A DNA stretch of 64,000 nucleotides, taken from contig NC_045696.1 of NCBI RefSeq assembly GCF_009834535.1, positions 86,306,001 through 86,370,000 of the forward strand, written 5' to 3'. Shown piece after piece: positions 40,401 through 52,507 of this stretch (within the stretch, counting starts at the first letter, position 1; the number at the start of each line of letters is the position of its first letter). A program made the translations under genes and the position numbers. The notes under the pieces were generated by a model that saw only the letters and a program-made list of their open reading frames with translations, did not search any database and was not told the DNA's origin. This DNA comes from Camelus ferus. Lineage: Eukaryota.

Positions 40401-41696
40401 ATTCAAGAAAATTGCAATTCAGGATCTATAACCATGGCAAACCATGTGTAGGTCCCCACATGTCAAGGGAAGGAGAATGCCTTTATAGAGGGGAAACAGA
40501 AATGGGGATGGCTATAGTAAACAAAGAGTCCATGGCTTTTCATTGGCTGAATCCTTGCCAGGAAGGAAGAGGAGTGATTTTTTTTCCCCTGTTGGTCTCT
40601 CCTACCATTGCAGAACATGAGAGCTCCACAATCTTGTCTCCCAACTCTATTTAATTGAGGTTTCTGTTTATTAATGTTTTACAGTGTCAATCTGTCTAGT
40701 GGTTGGGCTGTGTTTAATGTTTGCCTTAGCTGTAGGTGGCAGACTTTAAATTCCTCTAGAGTATGTATGTGTGTGTGAGTGTGTGTTTGAGAAGGGGAGG
40801 GTGTGAAGTGGTTAGTTCTTCCTCTGTTGACTTTGGGCTCTCCAGGTACTCTTCCTAAGAAAGGATCTGTGTTTTACACCTCTTTAAACTGAAGTCCTGT
40901 TGGTGTAGTGGTGGAGGATCATATCACATTCTTATGATTAAATGGCCCTGGGCCTTGACTTTTATAAATGTTCCTTAGCTTCCCCTCCCTACTTGCCCCT
41001 TGGGTGAGATAGGAAGGCTTAGAATGAAAGTACTGTCATTCTCCTAGGGAATAAGGCTCGGGTAAGGTCTTTTAACTCCTGTAGAGTAGATCTTGTTATG
41101 GAGACCTCTGAGGATGTATTTAACAAAGCTTTATTTTCCCTAACCCTCCTGAGACTAAAGGATCTTTCTTTAGTTCTTCACTGTGAGAATATGTTGGGGT
41201 TCCTGGAGGTAAAACCTATGAAATTGTAGCAGTCCCTCTAAGGCTGTGGACCTCAGTAATCCTCACTCTCAAGTGAGTGCACACTCAGCCTCCAACAAGT
41301 CATTACAAGTACAATTTATGTTTTCCTATTAGTTTGTGGCTCTAGTGGCTTCTGCTCCAGGTAAGCAGACTTCGGCTAGTGACTCTGGATTTACCTATTT
41401 CTCCAGATTTTCAGGTGACTGTTTGCCCTCTGGACTGTGTTGTCTGGTGAGTCAAAAAATCCATTGCTTTTCAGTTTGTTCACCTATTTTTGGTTGTAAG
41501 AAAAAGAGCAACAACTTCAAAGGTCTTTACATTTTGGAGTTCAGGCTGGAAGTCACATTTGAATACATTTTAAACACCCAGTTCCCTGTCACATCCCCTT
41601 TTCAAGAGTCAATTCTGTTGCCTCCAGTTAATCCTAAATAATTAAAATAGGTAACTGAAATGAACTCTGTATAAATCTCTAAATGAGAAATAACAA

Positions 41697-41786
41697 ACTC
41701 TTTTTCTCTCTTTCCTTCTTTCTTTTCTCTTCTCTCTTTTCTTTTCTCTCTTTCTCTCTCTTTTTCTTTCCTTCCTTCCTTATCTT
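41697..41786. repeat. Polypyrimidine (CT/CTTT/CCTT) low-complexity tract
   Basis: ~90 nt almost exclusively C/T. Confidence 0.9.
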
Positions 41787-42819
41787 CAGAAAATGAACAG
41801 AATATTCTATATTAGAAATAAAACCATAGTTGGGATTTCTTTCTGAATTGAAATATAAAAAGGTAAATATAAGTAAGGAAATGATTTTCCATACTTCTGA
41901 TGAAATACTGTGTATAAATTTAATGTCAACAAAAGTAGCACTCAGTGTGAAGGCTAATGACCCCTGGATAATTAGCACCGAATGTGGTAATTTGCCAAGG
42001 AATGTTTCCTTGCTAACCTGATGACTTCCAGGAATTTTTAAGTGGGAGTATTCAGGGTGTCCTAGAGAGAATGGAATTGAAAGAACAATCTTTTTCAAAT
42101 AATTTTACAAGCTTGTAATTGTTTTTTGTAAAACTTCCAATTAATTCTTAGATACATTAATAGAGAAACAGTTCTGAACTTCTGAAGATGAAAATTAGGA
42201 CCCAGAAACAGTGACCACTATCACCATGAATGTATGTTTCAGTCATTCAAATATGGAGGTAAAATAAATGTTAGAACTTTATTTCCCTGTATTTTGCCAT
42301 AATCAACTTCAAGTACTCAACTCTTTCTGCTATAAATCAGTGGTTCAAAATACTTATGAGCCTGAAGACCTATGTAAAATGATAAATACATTTTCAGATA
42401 CCTCAGGATTATGGTTTTAATAACCAATATCTAAGATAATACACATGCAAAAAGTCTATAAATTCAAAAATACTTATAGATAATTTTAGATTTCCTTGCC
42501 CCACAATAGGAAGTACATACACTGAAAATAATATCACATAAACAAGTAAGCTTTATTTTCCCTCTTAAGTCGACAAGCAATGCCAGCAAATCTTCCATAA
42601 CGCATGGTAGGGACAAGTACTATAAATGTTGATAATGTTAGTTTTTCTTTTTATTCAATCTTAAAACAAATAGTTTATTATATTTTTCTATGTTAGTAAA
42701 ACTACTTAAACTTTATAGATGCTTAATGCTTCATTTCACTTATAAGCCCTGATGCAGCTCAACAGCTATTCATAACAAATTTTTTAAGTGTTTTTAAGCT
42801 CCTTCTATATGCCAGGCAC

Positions 42820-43344
42820 TGTTACTGAACTCAGGTTTGGCTGCTCACCACTTGAAAGATAGTACTTGAGAGACAAGTGTTGGTTGGAAAAGGGAAGTTT
42901 GTTTATTCAGGAGGCTGGAACCTGGGCAGAAGATGGAGTTGTGTCCCAGAACCAACTCCCAAGATTTTGCTCAACCATAAGAGTTTTTAAGGGGAGAGAG
43001 GGGAAGCTAATTGTAGTTCATCACTTGGAGAGGGGGTCAGAGTCTTAGTTGTCCTTCACTGCATGCAGACTTGCTGACTCCTTGTGATCTTTCTTTAGGT
43101 GCAATCTCATTCATGCAGTTTGCTCACAGCGTTACTGAAGAAGCAGCTGGGGAAAAGATCTAGTCATCTGTTAGACACATGTTCTTTAATCTAAGAATGG
43201 AATCAATAAGATTATGTAATCAAAAAGATTTGAAAGGTATGCTAGGGTCGGAAGTTACTGAAGTGTGGGAGCACCTGGTGTAAAGTTTAAGTTAAAATAC
43301 AGCTTGGAAAAGTCTATTCTATTAGCCTCTAGGGGTTGCTTACA
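42820..43344 (-). mobile_element. ERV1 solo LTR (MER41/LTR8-like) inserted in L2
   Basis: TG...CA termini; 4-bp TSD GCAC at 42816-42819 and 43345-43348; poly(A) signal on minus strand (tttatt at ~42902). Confidence 0.9.
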
Positions 43345-43754
43345 GCACTATTGTAGGTACTGAAAATGCAGCAGTAAATTAATAGGGAGAAATTCCTGCA
43401 CGTAGAGCTTGCATTCTAATCAGAGACAGAAATACTATGTTAGAGAATGATAAACTCTGAGATAAACCATAAACTGAGCAATAGAATTAGGAAGTATTGA
43501 AAAGGAGTATAACTTCTAGATAAGATGGTCAAGGAAGACCTGATTAGAGGTTAAGATTTAAATAAAGTCCTGAAGGAAGTTTGGGCATATGCCATACAGC
43601 TTCTAGGGAGAGTGGAAGGAGTTCAAAGTTCTGAGGCAAAGTATTCCTGGAATGTCAAGGAAACTGGTTGCATCCAGCTGTCGCTAAAGTGCAGAAAAGG
43701 GGAGACAGTAGCAGAATAAGAGATCTAGGTGGAAAGGGGAAAGTAGAACTTCCA

Positions 43755-44060
43755 GAGAAATGCTGCTAGTATGTGGAGCACCAGCCATTGCTAGTTTGTG
43801 GACAACCAGTCACAAGAAAATAGACACAAGAAATTTAGTAAGTATTGAGAAACTTTTGTAACAACCTGATAGAGTAATACAGTAACTTTATGTCTATTAA
43901 ATTAATATAAAAATATTGAGATTTCTATGTCCTGTCTTCTTCAGTTTTCTAATAACTGACTTTTACTTATTTTATAAAATTATTGGGTGATTATAGAGTG
44001 GGAATAAAAAATAAGCAGCAAAAAAAGACCTTCACCACTAATAGTTTGAGAAGCTCTTTA
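43755..44060. mobile_element. hAT-Charlie-type non-autonomous element
   Basis: Terminal motif 'cttcaccactaatagtttgagaagc' resembles Charlie7-type ends (recalled). Confidence 0.5.
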
Positions 44061-45549
44061 TAATCTAAAGCATTGTGGACACAGGAAGCACATGGACTTT
44101 TACTGTGGGAAGAAATAGGATTTTGTGGAAGGAATGACATGATCGGGTCTGGATTTTTAACAGAACTATGTTTGCTGTGCTCAGAATAAACTGGAGGTCA
44201 GGGCAGGAGTGGGGAGGTGAAGAAAACAGACCAAATAGAAGTTATATAAAGTTGTAAAATTCTAGGTAGTATAAATGCATAATCAAGAAGACTTGTTGAC
44301 TGACTGAAAGGGCTGTGTGAGGGAAAGAGAAGAATCAAGAATAAATCCAGGTTTGGGGTTTATGAAAAAAACAGAACAGAGTTCCCATGAATTAAGATGA
44401 AGAAGAAGGCAGGATAAAGATGAGAAAGAACATCAGGTGCTTGTTTTTGATATGTAAATGTTAGAGTGTGAGGTGCCTGTTAAATATCCGTGTAGAGATA
44501 TCTGAGTAGGGAGTTGGGTTAAGACTCTGTAGATCAGAAGAGCCTCTCAGGGCTTGAGAAGTAAGTGTGGCAGTCATTAGCATATCAGATGAAGGCTGTC
44601 AGACTTGGACTGGATGAACTCACCTTGATAGTGAGTGAAGATAGGAAAGAATAAAGATCAAAGGGACAAGCCTTCTTTTATGCCAGTGTTTATGGACAGG
44701 AAGACAGGAGGAACCAACTGAGGAAGTTAAAATGGAGTGGGAGTCACCAGAGAGGAAGATGGAAGACTAAATGGATATAGTGCCAAGTGAAGGAAGTATA
44801 TGAAGAGAGATTATGTGCGGGGTAAGGGACAATAAAGTGTAGGTAGAATAAATCAATTAAAATATCTCCTGGAGTCAGGAACTGTTAGTGTTGGTATACA
44901 GAAAGGAGTGTACTAAACACTTGAAAGGTTATAGTCAGGTTTGGAATGCTTAAAGTTGAGATGAGGGATGCTTTAGAGAATAATTTAGAACAAAGTTAAG
45001 AATATAGTAATGGAATAAAGAGGCTGAGATGGCAAAGAGGACAGGATGATCGGAAGGTAGGTTGTTACAGAACTGAGAAAGACAAGAATAATTATCTGCA
45101 CTAATACTGAGATTACCAATTACTATGCCAGCATTACCCTCCTGGAGTTGGCGCCCCCACAAGGTTCCTTCTGCCCAGTGTCATTTAAGCCAATAGAATG
45201 AGATGGAGTTCAGGTTAGAGGCAAAGGAAAGCTTTATTCTTTGATCAAAGAATGGAGTTGTGTGAGCTTGCTCTCTAGAGTACACTCTTTCCCCGACAGG
45301 CCGTTGACAGGGCTGCACACAGTCCCCTGAGCTGAAGCGTCCGGCACAGCTGTTCTGCACATGAACTCTGGTCTGAAGTGTGGGCTGCAAGGCCCCTGCG
45401 TACAGCACCCTATGAGCGTGGAGCTGGACTAAGCACAAAGGAAAAGAAACCAGAAGGTCAGACTTTATTTTATTTCCCAGATTCTATTTTTATTTCCCAG
45501 AGCTTGTTAATGAGCTGTGCCAGTAACAAATCTCTCCTCTGACTTTTGT

Positions 45550-45830
45550 CCTGCTCCTCATTCTTGAGGGGACTGAGGGGTGAAGGTCCACCTTCTATAA
45601 TTGCTTCCTGCTGACTTGGGGTGTCATCATCACCCCAGGCAGAGGAGCAGAACTTCTTCCCAGCCACTTTTAGACATATTTGATGGTCACATGGCCTCAG
45701 CCCCAACTGTTTGTCTCCCTGAGTGACCACCATTTGTCTTAACATTTTGGAGACAAAGGACACTAGACAATTTAAGATACATGGCTCAAAATATTAGCAA
45801 GAGAATAATGGTCACACATCAATTTTTTTA
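45550..45830 (-). pseudogene. env: env TM C-terminal remnant
   Basis: TIILLLIF/PCILNCLVSFVSKMLRQMVV, gamma-type membrane anchor and tail; SU not recognisable. Confidence 0.75.
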
Positions 45831-46329
45831 AAATGTAGGTATCTGGCTCTTTTGCCTGTAGGAATAAGTGTGCCCTGATGTTGAGGCATGTTTAATGGCC
45901 TGAACATCCGTGATCACTTTGTTATTTTCCAGAAGAGAAGCTTCAGGTCAGAGAGATTTTTGCACAAGTAGTCAAGGAGGTCTGTTGGCCCAGGTTCTCT
46001 CTCTGGAGGAGGGGCCCAGGGCCCTCTTTGCTCCAGTGTGATGTACCCACGAGTGGTCCCCTGCAGCTTCAGAGCAGAATGGGTGCTTAAGCTCACCAAG
46101 TGGAGTCTGTTCCACTTAGGATTGAGCTGATTTTCTAGCCATTAGGGGCACCCAGTCTCCTGACTTGAAGGGGTAGAGGGCCTGGTCAGTGGGTACAGGC
46201 AGCACCTGATTACCATACTCTGTGAGAGTCTTCGTGGTTGGCATACTTTAGTTATTCCATTTCTGGGTGTTAAGGTGTCCTTTCTTGCAGGCTTGAGAAA
46301 TGGGTCTACAATATAAGAGTTCAAATGCA

Positions 46330-49060
46330 TTTAACTTTAACTTATCCCTTGAAGCTAACTACTTGAGGAGCAGGGCAGTCAGAAGCAACTTAATCCAATT
46401 GTCTTGAGTTTCCTGACATAGCTTGCCTAAGGCCTGTTTCAGGGTAAGGTTGGATCTCTCTACCTTGGGGGTCTCCAGGCTGAGTGCAAGGTCCATTTTA
46501 TGCCCAGGGCGCCCTTTGCCACTTGAGACAGGAACGCTGGACCATTATTGCTCTGTTGGATCCTAGGAGCCAAAACCTAGGGATTATTCCTTTCAGTAGT
46601 GTCCTAGCCACTTCATCTGCCATTTCCGTTCCAATGGGCAGGGCTTCTATCCATCCAGAAATGTGTCTTCTAGCACCAACAGGTATCTAAAACTGCTCGG
46701 TACTCTTGACATGACAGTGAGATGAGTCTGCCAGTCTTCTCCAGGATGTGTCCCTCTGGTCTGAATGGGTCATCTCTGGGGGCCTGTACAGGGTCTGCTG
46801 TTGGAGTTGCTCGTTGTGCAGGCGCAGCATGTCTCAGCTATCTGACTGATTGCCCTCTTAATGCCAGGAGTTACCATGACCTCAGCTAAGCAGTTATGTA
46901 CAGCTGCCATCCCTTAGTGAGTTCCTTGGTGAGCCTTCCTGATGGCTTGAGAAGATGCAGTTTGGGGGAAAAAGTATTCCTATGTTCATTAACTAGCCAC
47001 CCATGACCTCCTAGATCTCTACTGAAGCCCCATTTTTGGACTTTGTTTCAGTGTAGAGTGGGGAATAATTGGATGGACCTGGCCTTTGAGGTATGAGGAG
47101 TAGTTGCCAAGTTACTGGTTCTAGGGTCACCATTTGGCTGTTGTTTCCCTTTACTACCTGTGCATCTCCCTTTTGGTGACCCCTGTAATGAGTTCCGGCC
47201 ACCTTTTGGGGAAGCTATAGTGCTTCTAAGAGCTTCAGTATGCTTATGCTTCATCTGTTTATTCTCCATAGTAAATTCTCTTTCCTTCTAAACAACCCGT
47301 ATGAATACAGGATGTCAATATGCATACCAGGAATCTATGTAAACATTTAAGATCTTCTCTGTCCCAAGCTGTATGGCTCGGGTGACATCCATCAGCTCCG
47401 CCTTTTGGGCAAAAGTCCTTTGAGATAAGCTTCTTGTTTCTCTGACTTGGGTCTGGGAGGTTACTGTGTATCCTGCCAACTTTTTAACCTCTTGGATAAA
47501 ACTGCTCCCATCTGTGAGCCATTCCTCTTCAGCATTTGAGAGAGGCTCACTTCCTAGGTCAGGGCCAGTGGAATAGATGGTGTCTATGGTTTCTACACAG
47601 TCATGCTCCAGGGGCCCCATCTCTATGGTAGGCACTGTGTTGTCTAAAAGCACAGCCTGAACTTGAATCAACTTTCTGGGTTGTTAGAACTTACTAAAGC
47701 CTGAACCTGGTGTGGAGTCCATCCAGTGATTGGCTTACCAAACATTAGCAGGTTATGAAGTTTTATCTAATTGTTTAGAGAAATAAGCAACCACCCGAGT
47801 AAGAGGTCCTGGTTTTTGAGCTGATAGCCTAAGGGCAATTCCTCTTCTCTCATGAATGTATCTAGACCTGAGAAAGCCAGGATAGGGGCCTGAAGTAATT
47901 GCTTTTTTCAATTCTTGAAAGACCCCTTTGAATTCTGAATTCCATTTGAAAGGATTATTATCCTTTCCTTTCAGCTTTTCATAGCTATTAGACCATGTTA
48001 GTTTGTCATATGTGAGCTTTTTCTTAGACAGCGTATGTTCTTTGTCAGCTGGGTGGCTCAGGGTGGTTGCAGTATTTTGTCAGAGGTCTCCTTAGTAGGG
48101 CTGGGGATCAGAATGTTGTCTACACACTTGAGGAGGGTTCCCTCCTCCAGATGTAGATCTTTCAGGTTTTTAGCTAAAGTTTCCCCAAAGATGGTGGGGG
48201 AGTTTTTGAACCCTTCAGACAGGACCGTCCAACAGTATTACTGTTTTTGTTGCATGTTTGAGTTCTGCCACTGAAGGGCAAAAATTTCTTGTGACTCAGT
48301 GGCTAGAGGAATACAGAAGAGTTAAATCTAATAAAGAATGTCAGGTCTCAGTGGACAGTAGAGTGGCCAGTGGGGTGTAAAATGGATGCATATCCCGAGT
48401 GGCTTCACTGACTGCCCGGCGGGCCTGTACCATCAGGTACTCCCCATTGGGCTTCTTTATGTGAAGAACGGGAATGTTATAGGCTGATTGCATGGCCTAA
48501 TAAGGCCATGGTCAGGTGGGCCCGGTATAAGAGGGGAAATGTCCAATAAGGCCTCATGACAGGATATTGTTTTCTGTTGGGCCATGTGTGTTTGGCTTTT
48601 AGATGGACTATCACAGGACTGGCTCCTGCAGCTTATCCCACCCGTCCTGGGCTCAGACCTTGAGATTCACTCTGGAGAGGCTGACTTGCTCATAGAGGGA
48701 GGTTTGTCCTCAGCCATGAACATTATCTTCTTGTGCCCCTATCTTGGGGAACAACAATCTCCAGCTTGTCTCCCGTTAGGTGAAGAATAGTTTGCAATTT
48801 ATGTAAGATACCCTTCTTAGCAGGGGTATGGGACACTCAGGAACATACAGGAAGGAATGGGTGAGAGTGTGTTCATCCCATTTGCATTCTAATGGCTCTA
48901 TAAATGCCTATTTTTAGGCTTCCCCTGATACCGCCACAATTTTACAACTCTTGTGCCCAAGTCTGCCTGATCTGGTATTGAGAACCGAGTAAGTGGTCCT
49001 GGTGTTGACTAAGAATTCGACAGGCTTTTCCCCTGTGTCCACTGTCAGCTGGGGCTCCTC
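46330..49060 (-). pseudogene. pol: pro-pol remnant
   Basis: Protease FLVNTRTTYSVL (degenerate DTG), RT WTVLSEGFKNSPTIFG and LKCVDNIL (degenerate YVDD), RNase H WLTDGSS...AQKAEL...YIDS (ORF 47315-47671), integrase remnants. Confidence 0.88.
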
Positions 49061-49099
49061 ACAGGCCAACTGGAGTGCCAGCTTAGGTGCCCCCTTGTT

Positions 49100-50448
49100 C
49101 TGTAATTCTTAATCTATTTGGACCATCTGCCTTTGAGGGTAGTGACCAGGATCTGCCATTTCTACCCCTCAGGGTAGTGAGGACATTCTTCCTTCTAGGG
49201 TCCCTATTTCAATATGGTGCACTCATTGATTGGATCCTAGGGTCCTTGGCTTGCTATCCCTTGGTGGGGACCTGGGGTCACTCACTGGAGTTGAGAGTCT
49301 CTGTGGGTGGTTAGTCCAGGTTCCTGTGCTGAAAGTTTGATATTAGAGTGCCAAAGCCGGTAGGTGGGCTTGCCTCCAGGTTTTTAGTCCTCTGACTTTT
49401 CCTCTTCTATAGCTTGGTTATTAAACACCTGTAAGCAATCTAAACCAGGCGAAGGTAGGGGCATCTGGTTGTATTTCAAGTTTCTGAAGTTTGCACCTAA
49501 TGCCAGGGGCACTTTGGGAAATGAAATACAACCTCATTTCCTTGCAATGACTTGGGGTCAGTGGTAGTGTAGGTTGGAGGCATTCCCTGAGATGCTCTAG
49601 GAATCCCAAAGGGTTTTCCATTGGCTCCTAATTGATTTTCTTTGTCTTATTCCAATTGACAGGGTTCTTTCCTGCTGCCTGGATTCCCTTAAGGATCATA
49701 TTTTTATAATGGGTCAGCCTCTGTCTTCCATTCTCTGCTCCAGTGTCATGGCGGTCCCAGTTAGGTTTGTTATCTGGGACTGCTTGGTTCCCGTGTCTGA
49801 AGATACCATGGTATGCATTGTTTCAGTTGTCTGTCTGCTTCCTTTCTGGCTTTTGAAAAGATTGTGGCCTTTTCTTTTCATGTCAGGAGTATACTGAGGA
49901 GGCTCTGGATGTCAGCCCAGGTGGTCAAGGGTCTGAAAGACTCCCCTAATCAGATTCAGGAATCCCTCTGGCTCTTCCCTCAATTCCTTACTATGACTTT
50001 TTTCCAACTACTGAGGGGATGGTTGGAGTTGTTTGTCGGCACACAAATGTCAGAAGATTTGACTCCCAGAAGATTTCCAGTTTGGGAAATCTGGAACCAG
50101 CACCTGTTAATGAATTCCTCAAGAGGCCCAAATAGATGTAGGATCTGATACACTTGGGGGTTTTCCTTAAATTGATAAAGGCCTGTGCTTGAAACAGTCA
50201 GTCCTTCATCAGTCTGAATGTCCCACAGGAGGTCATATGGGACCAGGCCAGAGAGGGTTAGCTATGCTAGTTCCTGTCCATCTTGGTCCTTTATAATGGG
50301 GCATAGCTGTCTGAGGCAGGAGTCTTCTCTTTTCTCCTTTTGGTTGAAAAGGATTTTGGTGAGTCTGCATGAGAGCTTAAAGCACAAGGGATTCATCAGG
50401 TCACTAAGGCAGTTCATATTCTGTGCTGATAACAGGAGAAGAGCCCAT
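49100..50448 (-). pseudogene. gag: gag remnant
   Basis: Probable start MGSSP at 50448; MHR-like ENPLGFLEHLRECLQ and FISQSAPGIRCKLQKLE (ORF 49421-49621); degenerate zinc knuckle near 49170-49230. Confidence 0.8.
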
Positions 50449-51254
50449 GGAACCTTGATCAATAAAGGATCATCAAGGTTCACCTCTAAAGCAGAGGGGG
50501 GAAGAGAGGTTGGGCAGTGGGTGATTCCTGTTCTTGCCAGCAGCTCACAGGTTTCTGGTCTTGTGCATCACTCACAGGGCTCTCCAGCTCACTTCAGAGA
50601 AACTAGCGCTGCTGATGGAAAAGGTCATGTCACCCATTATGGATCTGCTGTGGTATCCTTTCACACGTGGGCATCCCAGTTGCCTTTCCCTGAACTTGAA
50701 TGGAGCATCCCTGTTCCATTTTGTCATCAGTCCTTACTATCTGGGCTTTCCCCTGGTTTCTCCTCCTGGCTCACAGGACAGGCCATGTTCCTTTACTAAA
50801 CCAAAAGTGATTATGGAGAATGCCACTGTTGACCCCTGGTGTGGCCACTACTGCCTTGTACAGGGGTCAAGAGGACAACACTGCTGGTGAGACAATGGGC
50901 AAGACTGACATGGCCCCGTCTTGTCCACAGGTTCCCACTGTTCTTGGGCATCGAGTACCACAGGAAGGCCAGCAAGAGTGAGTTTTACTGTTTGATCCCC
51001 AACAATGCCACAAGGGGGTGCAGTTCAGATTACCCTGGGGGTTACCCTGAGTGTGTACCACATCCAGGTATTGGGTTGCTGGGCGGACGTGCTCTGAATT
51101 CGGCCAAAGACTGCTGCCATTCTACCCCACTCTGGTGTACTTAAGGACCAGTGGCAGTCATCCTCACTCGAACTGCCCAAAGCCTCTGCCATCCTCCCGC
51201 TAGACCTGGGGTGAGTAGTGCAGCGGATAGCGACAAGTGAAAAGGCCATTGTCC

Positions 51255-51272
51255 ATCCGATCTGGGTCACCA
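51255..51272 (-). promoter_or_regulatory. Primer binding site, tRNA-Arg type
   Basis: TGGTGACCCAGATCGGAT, 6 nt after the LTR end; 15/18 match to recalled complement of tRNA-Arg(CCG) 3' end TGGCGACCCAGATGGGAC. Confidence 0.75.
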
Positions 51273-52452
51273 AAATTCTGTTACCGACCTTCCCAAGTCA
51301 GTCCCTCCTGCCTATTGTCAGTTGAGCCAATAGAAAGGGACCAAATTTGGTTCAGAAGCAAAGGAAAGTTTTAGTCCTTGATCAGAGAATGAAGAGGTGT
51401 AATCTCATGCTCTAGAGTAACATGTGCTCCTCCAGCAGGCTGTGGGGAGGGCTGCTTTACAGGGTTCTTGTCAGCAGGAAGGGGGCAGAGTCCAGTGGGT
51501 CAGGCATAGCTGTGCTGCTCACTGCTCCAGATCACAGTGCCGGGTGCAGCATCTCTGCATACGGCCCACCACCTCTATCTTGAATTGTGGTGTAGTGTGC
51601 AGGGCTTCTGCACACGGTCCCGTCTGCCAAGCTGAGGGGGTGTATCCATTTCACACGTGAACTCTGGTCTGAAGTGCTGTGTGCAAGGCCTCTGCACATG
51701 CCACCATAGGAGCAAGTGAAACTAGACTAAGTACAAAAGAAAAAAAAAGTTAGATTTATTACCCAGCTTCTGTTTTTATCTTCCAGGAATTATAAATGGG
51801 ATTTGCCAGTGACAATAGGAGTGCTACTGGGAAGAGACAGTTTCTATCTTCAGATCTGTGGTTCCAAGTGAGATCTAAAATTAGATTTGCATATCTAAAT
51901 ATATGCATTCTTTTACTTTTTTCCTAGAGGTTCTGGATTTTATAGTAGTTGAGATAGAATTCTGAAATTTACAATTTAAAAAAATGACTTATGGTTATGA
52001 TTGTTTATGTATGGTGATGCACTGACAGATAAGGAAACCACTGCTTCAAACGTTGTTAAACACAGAATACTAACCCAAACAGACTATAGATTTCATCAAG
52101 CATAAAATTTATACTTTTTCTTCAAATATCCAGAATACCAGCTTTCAACTCATCTGATCATTGCTATAGCAAGCAAGCTTCTAAATGTTACTTTAAATTT
52201 TGTAAATCATTGTGAATTGAGGTCAGTGTATAATACTATAACTTTTTTTGTTATTATATAAATTGAAGCTATATATAAATATTTTTATAATTTTTTTCTC
52301 TTGAATCATCAATTTTCTTATTCTATATAATATTTAAGATATTTTTAATAATCAACTTCTAAAATTTTCCTTTTATGTTTCTCAAACTTACCAGTTTTAC
52401 TTTCAACTGTAATTTAACTTTTATGTTAACTATGCTTTTTCTCCAATTTCAG

Positions 52453-52507
52453 CCAAATTGTTTAACTGGAATGAGAGGTGTGGGAACAAAACACTTGCAG
52501 TGATTGG
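52453..52507 (+). other. Candidate exon (55 nt), KLFNWNERCGNKTLAVIG
   Basis: Acceptor tatgctttttctccaatttcAG; donor GG|GTAGGT at 52508; open in phase 1. Confidence 0.25.

Larger units (their letters stand above)
31462..40683 (-). mobile_element. Class I (gamma-like) ERV provirus, gag/pro missing, no recognisable env
   Basis: Homologous LTRs at 31462-~31783 and ~40405-40683; 4-bp TSD GTGT at 31458-31461 and 40684-40687; PPT complement ttttcccctttt at ~31784. Confidence 0.9.
31141..41560 (-). mobile_element. Old L1M fragment split by an ERV (parts 31141-31461 and 40684-41560)
   Basis: Reads continuously across the ERV: ...ggaactgaggtaaatagg... | ...gtcaatctgtctagtggttgggctgtgtttaatg. Confidence 0.7.
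42770..45100 (-). mobile_element. L2 LINE, interrupted by a solo LTR and a hAT MITE
   Basis: 'ttctatatgccaggcac|tattgtaggtactgaaaatgcagcagtaaa', 'tgaggtgcctgttaaatatccgtgtagagatatctgagtaggg'. Confidence 0.75.
45110..51814 (-). mobile_element. Near-complete class I ERV provirus: 5'LTR-PBS(Arg)-gag-pro-pol-truncated env-3'LTR
   Basis: LTRs 51279-51814 and ~45110-45529 share clear blocks; PPT at 45530-45545; gag, pro, pol and env motifs in order; left boundary uncertain. Confidence 0.92.

Noticed and set aside
41679..42098. 139-aa ORF with K/E/R-rich tail, and a possible exon after the pyrimidine tract at 41790
   Set aside because: The tail is the translated simple repeat; the 41790-41862 segment has stops in all three frames
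43858..43875. acaacctgat similarity to miR-374 mature sequence
   Set aside because: Only ~10 nt match, no seed or hairpin, and lies within a hAT element
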